Origin: a virus
IMG/VR virus record: IMGVR_UViG_3300032018_000001
Location: 32,001-96,000 of that record
DNA length: 64,000 nucleotides
Direction: 5' to 3' (one strand)
The translations under genes and the position numbers were made by a program. This document shows, one piece after another, positions 59,535 to 64,000 of the stretch. Position 1 is the first letter of the stretch; every line of letters begins with the position of its first letter. The notes beneath the pieces were generated by a model. That model was not told the origin of the DNA, made no database searches, and saw nothing but the letters and a program-made list of their open reading frames with translations.

Positions 59535-60218
59535 ATGAATCAGCAAGGCGCAGAAGTAGTGAAAGGTTATGTTGTCATTCGTAACCTGTCGAAAGGCCCC
59601 AAGGGTTTTTCAGACCATAGAAACAGCCCGGTCACGCTGGACGCATTCGGCGGAGCAAACGACCAGATTAAAATCCTGCTGGAAGAAAGCAACCTGGATA
59701 AAGCGGTACGGCATTACGTTACGTATCGCAAGGCTGCAATGCAGGTCACGTTCTCAGAAGGTATCGTTGACAAGTTCCCGGAATTCAAAGACCATCTCAC
59801 CGTGCATTCGACTGCCGGTGTTGACCAGAGCCTTGCTGACCGCGTGGAATTCGTCCGCAAGTCACAGGCCGATAAGAAATCCCAAGAAGACAGTGCTGCG
59901 GTACGCCTGGTGCGTGCCCGCGCTCAGAATACTATCGCTGACAATAGCAAGGAACGCACTGCTATGTCCAGCTCAGATGCTCACCCTGGCAACTTTCAGG
60001 AACGCCATGTACCGGCTGCGGATAAGGCCGCGCCCGCCCGCGCTCCTATGGGAAACGAAGAGCAAGAAGGAGACGTACTGACTGTGGAAAACCTGAGTCA
60101 GAAAGAAGTGCCTGAGCTGATTGAGATTGCGTCCAAACTCGGCGTGAAACTCAAAGCAGACGTGGCCAAGGGTGCTGCTGTTAAGAGCATCCTGTTGTCG
60201 CTTAACAAGCAGGGCTAA
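59535..60218 (+). CDS. hypothetical protein with C-terminal Rho-N/HeH-like helix pair
   Basis: 'LSQKEVPELIEIASKLGVK......K...IL'. Confidence 0.45.
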   Translation: MNQQGAEVVKGYVVIRNLSKGPKGFSDHRNSPVTLDAFGGANDQIKILLEESNLDKAVRHYVTYRKAAMQVTFSEGIVDKFPEFKDHLTVHSTAGVDQSLADRVEFVRKSQADKKSQEDSAAVRLVRARAQNTIADNSKERTAMSSSDAHPGNFQERHVPAADKAAPARAPMGNEEQEGDVLTVENLSQKEVPELIEIASKLGVKLKADVAKGAAVKSILLSLNKQG

Positions 60219-60678
60219 TTGAAAGCGGTCAGAATCTGGATTAAGAATCTGTGGATTCTAGCCAACTTGAATTTTAGGGAACAAGACCTTCCGGGCTGGC
60301 TGTATAAGCTTCGCCCGGAAGACCTTGACAACTTCATGACCTACAGAGGCATTATCTATCTTAAAAACTTTTCACGGCAAATGATTATTGACATGATACT
60401 TCAATCTACAGGAAAGAAAAAATGAAAATATACGCTGTCTTTATCATGCTATTGATAGCAACTGCTTTTACGGCAGCGGTTATCTCTCCTGCTGTCAAAC
60501 AGCAAGCAACCAAAACAGTAGTAGCTGATTCAACCAAGATTGCAGTAGTAGACACCCTGCTCATCATTAGGCATGACACGGTGAAGGTTACTAATGCTTT
60601 CAAAGATACCATCAAGCTTATCAAATCGGACACGGCGCACGGCCTGCGGTACGATACCCTCAGAATTAAAAGGAAGTA

Positions 60679-61491
60679 ATGGGCTTTCAAGTACTACTCC
60701 GTAAGACGGATGACCCTGCTGCCGGGCTCTTCAGATGGAAGCGCGGGCATGTTATCGGCGTTACTACGCTGGAGGATTGCTTTGGTGGCGCTGACCCGGA
60801 GACTACTATTACTGTAGTAGTGTCTGATTCAGGTGCTACGGCTGATTTTAAATACTTGACTGAATCCTGGTACAGGAAGACAGCCTATGCTATTCTTGCA
60901 GCCGACTTGTCGCGGGACTGGTACAGCGTTAAGGTTTATACGTTGGCTGAGACGTTAGGTGCAAAGTCAGAAGGTAAGATTACCGCGGCGGATATGCAGG
61001 CCTTTTTGCAGCGCTGGGGTGCTCAGATAGACGAAGCAGCATCCACGGATAACGATGTGCGCTTCACCCTGGACGCAGTATCAGCCTTGAATGCTCAAGG
61101 CTTTATTGACTTTGGCACGGAAGAGGAGTTTGTCAATTTCACGGAAACGGCTTACGATGTGGAATCCGGCACGCACAGCATTAGCATGGACTACTCTTTG
61201 TCTTCTTTGAATTCTGACAGGCTGGAAAAGTTCATAACGGATAAAGGCCTTACTATAGTATCGCATGACAGAGAGCGTGCTATTCTGGTTTTTACCGTGA
61301 CACGCACTCAGCTTATTCAAGCGTTAGAAGCAGGTGTGGAAAGAGAATTCAATAAGCAGGTTGCTATGCGTAGATGGAAGATTGACCTGACTGGGATTGA
61401 GACATTCATAACAGACCCGAAGTTTCCCAGCACAGCGCACATAACGCTTTCTGATTTCCAAGCTAGAATCGTTGACCTGATAGAAGGATAA
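60679..61491 (+). CDS. putative virion-associated protein
   Basis: 270-aa ORF in the structural region. Confidence 0.45.
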   Translation: MGFQVLLRKTDDPAAGLFRWKRGHVIGVTTLEDCFGGADPETTITVVVSDSGATADFKYLTESWYRKTAYAILAADLSRDWYSVKVYTLAETLGAKSEGKITAADMQAFLQRWGAQIDEAASTDNDVRFTLDAVSALNAQGFIDFGTEEEFVNFTETAYDVESGTHSISMDYSLSSLNSDRLEKFITDKGLTIVSHDRERAILVFTVTRTQLIQALEAGVEREFNKQVAMRRWKIDLTGIETFITDPKFPSTAHITLSDFQARIVDLIEG

Positions 61492-63516
61492 ATGCCTACA
61501 TTATCACGCTCTGTATGCGTAGCAAATGTGCAGAAGACGGCGGGAACGCTGGCTATCAGCTCTGATGGCCTCACGGTAACGCTTTCAGGTGCTACGTTTG
61601 AAACGCGATGGGGAAAGGGTGATAAGATTGTTTGCGGCGGAGATACGGTATACGTACTGAGTAAAACCAGTAGCACTGTCATGACCGTGCAGGTAGCATT
61701 CTCCGTAGGCAACCGCAACACCTCAGGAAATTCTTACACGCTGAACAGAGCCTACTCTGGTGCTACTGCTATTGCTACGGCTTACGCGGCGTGTCCCTCC
61801 GACCTCCAAGCCATTACTTCTATTTACGAAATGGTACTGTACAAGGATGGCGGAAATTTTTTGGAGCAGATAAATTTTAACACTGCTATTACTACGGGTT
61901 ACGGCGTTGATACCGGGTACTATATTAAACTCACAGCGGCAACTAAAGACCGTCACACCGGAATCCGCGGCACAGGAGTTAGAATAAGACCAGCTCCCGG
62001 CTCACTGTCAGGTACGTGTCACTACTTTAACAATCCTACAAGAATAGAGTGGATTGAATGGGATGGCGCTGATGTAAGTACCGTATGGTCAGGCACATTT
62101 GATGGCACTGCAATAGCTTTGAATAGCAGTGCGGCTGATTATGGGCCCGCATACTTCCGGAATAATATTGTTTATGATTGGAGTAGAACATCCACGGGCG
62201 GCAGTGCTTACGGTGTTATTGTTTTAGCCATGGGTGCTCTTTACAGAGGTAATTACGCCTACAACAATAGATTTTTTGGAAATGGAAAATCCGGATATGC
62301 TACTGCTGTGCTGCACTTAGCTGTCTCAGGAACGCATGCTTACACAGGAAATTCTTTACTCCACAATAGCAGTCTTACTGGCACAAATCACAAAGGTATC
62401 ACCTATTCCACAATAATCTCTGAGGTTATCATTGCGTATAATAATGCTGTTTTAGATTTCAGTACCTGTCTTAGTTTGTATACAGGTTCCACAGAAGATT
62501 ACAACCTTGTCTCTGACACTTCAACAACCGGAGCTCACAGTTTAAACAGTAAGACATCTGCTAACCAGTTTGTCAATGTAACCAGCGGAACGGAAGACTT
62601 GAATTTGAAAGCTGGCGCGGATGCTATCGGTGTTGGCAGTAACATGGGTACTACCTATGAGAACCTTAACATTGATATTCTGAATAATACCCGTGGTAGC
62701 ACCTGGGACATCGGCGCGTCACAGAAAACCAAGATTGTTAAAGTGCATGTCCTGGACGGACAGCAGAGTATAGGAGGAAGTTTTTCTGCTACTACGGCTT
62801 CCTTCGCGCCTGCAGCAAACAAGCTGTATATAATTTCTGTGTGGACTACTACGAGTTACGGCTCTACCGGAGACCCGGTGCTCACTTCGTCTACTGGGCT
62901 CGCGCCTGTTCTCGTGGATAAGATTAATGGTACAAATACTTTTGATTTGCGACTGTGGACGTACCGGGCTATGAAACCTTCCGGCCTGAGCAGCGGCACG
63001 CTTACATTTACCTGGAGTGGCGTTCCTGTTGACCGCATACGCTGGAGCATCGAGGAGTTTGACGGAGTGGACACCAGCGGAAGTGATGGCTCAGGTGCTA
63101 TTGTTCAATTTGCACACAATACTGGCGCTGTGAGTGCAGGTAATGAATTCCTGCCCGTAACGCTTTCTGATTTTTCAAACTCAAATAATTTCGGCTATAT
63201 GAGCGAGGGTGCTTATGGTTATGACCAGCAAACAGTAACTGCTACTGGTTTCTGTCCTATGGCAAATCTCATAACAGAGGGCAGCACTGCTAATTCTTTC
63301 TCTACATGGATTAGAGATGGAAATCCCTCAGTCTCTGCTAATATCATACACCAGATAAATTCAAATTCCGCGGTGGCCCTGGCTATAGCTTTGGAAGTAA
63401 AAGCTCAGACTACTACAGCAATAAGCAAAGTGAACGGTGTGAGTTTTTCTGCTATCACAAAAATAAATGGCGTCAATAAATCAGCAATCAACAAACTTAA
63501 CGGCGTGCAAGCGTAA
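61492..63516 (+). CDS. virion surface/fibre protein with beta-helix-like region
   Basis: Ser/Thr/Gly-rich; 'DLNLK.G.DAI..G...DI....R...WDIGA'; C-terminal KINGV repeats. Confidence 0.6.
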   Translation: MPTLSRSVCVANVQKTAGTLAISSDGLTVTLSGATFETRWGKGDKIVCGGDTVYVLSKTSSTVMTVQVAFSVGNRNTSGNSYTLNRAYSGATAIATAYAACPSDLQAITSIYEMVLYKDGGNFLEQINFNTAITTGYGVDTGYYIKLTAATKDRHTGIRGTGVRIRPAPGSLSGTCHYFNNPTRIEWIEWDGADVSTVWSGTFDGTAIALNSSAADYGPAYFRNNIVYDWSRTSTGGSAYGVIVLAMGALYRGNYAYNNRFFGNGKSGYATAVLHLAVSGTHAYTGNSLLHNSSLTGTNHKGITYSTIISEVIIAYNNAVLDFSTCLSLYTGSTEDYNLVSDTSTTGAHSLNSKTSANQFVNVTSGTEDLNLKAGADAIGVGSNMGTTYENLNIDILNNTRGSTWDIGASQKTKIVKVHVLDGQQSIGGSFSATTASFAPAANKLYIISVWTTTSYGSTGDPVLTSSTGLAPVLVDKINGTNTFDLRLWTYRAMKPSGLSSGTLTFTWSGVPVDRIRWSIEEFDGVDTSGSDGSGAIVQFAHNTGAVSAGNEFLPVTLSDFSNSNNFGYMSEGAYGYDQQTVTATGFCPMANLITEGSTANSFSTWIRDGNPSVSANIIHQINSNSAVALAIALEVKAQTTTAISKVNGVSFSAITKINGVNKSAINKLNGVQA

Positions 63517-64000
63517 GGAGCTATAATGCGTAATGACCTTGTGAAGAAAGCAGTTGCTGACTTTTTTAAGGATTATCCTTTGAAGACAGCTGGAAAGGGA
63601 ACATCCTTTTCCGTTCCCGGATGGATTACACAGAATGCTCCTGAGCTGACCTCTGAAGAGCGCCGGGAAGTCAATGTGCTGGTTGACCGGCAAATCATGT
63701 CCAAGAAATCAGAAGGTGTGGCCCGGCTGGAGGAGACCCTGGAAAACATCGGCAACTTTGGCGGCAAGAAAGCTCCTCCGTTTAAGAAGAAAGAAAAAAG
63801 CCGTCTGGAAAGTCTACTCGGTGAAAAAGAAACCCCCACATCAAAATAACTTAGGCTCGGTGGGGATGCCGGGGCTGCAGCGCGACTGGGTAAAAACAAG
63901 TATTAAGGATTAAAATGCGAAAGCTTGATAAACTTTTAACTGAGCGTTACGGCATGGAGCGTACCGGGTTTGCTCAGGGCCTGCGCGTGGACATAAACCA

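Noticed and set aside
1-64000. Stop-codon reassignment
   Set aside because: Long conserved genes are intact in the standard code, and TAA, TAG and TGA all end genes at coupled junctions

Overview
This is a 64-kb segment of a large T4-like (myovirus-type) dsDNA bacteriophage, with essentially all genes on the + strand. Head genes include terminase large subunit, gp20-like portal, a gp21-like prohead protease/scaffold fusion, gp23-like major capsid protein and GroES. Nucleic-acid genes include a DEDDh exonuclease, a Holliday-junction resolvase, NAD-dependent ligase and several HNH/EndoVII nucleases. There is also a collagen-like fibre, a large glycosyl-/methyltransferase cluster, lysis enzymes, a Tad1-like anti-defence sponge, an orphan HicA, a tmRNA and an aberrant tRNA-like RNA. 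Three unusual elements stand out. (1) A solitary RAMP/Cas7-like gene (54762-55355, with an in-frame TAA) is flanked by four short tracts of 5-nt-periodic NGY-NN units, which suggests a compact non-CRISPR RNA-guided module. (2) An integrase-less array of integron-type gene cassettes has attC-like sites whose R''/R' cores match cassette by cassette (42783-44530), and a solo cassette (11710-12181) interrupts a phage ORF. (3) A hammerhead ribozyme is nested in a 170-nt structured RNA just after the array. Three promoter classes recur. A T9SS-like C-terminal domain hints at an FCB-group host. All protein calls come from motif recognition by eye; no database searches were run.
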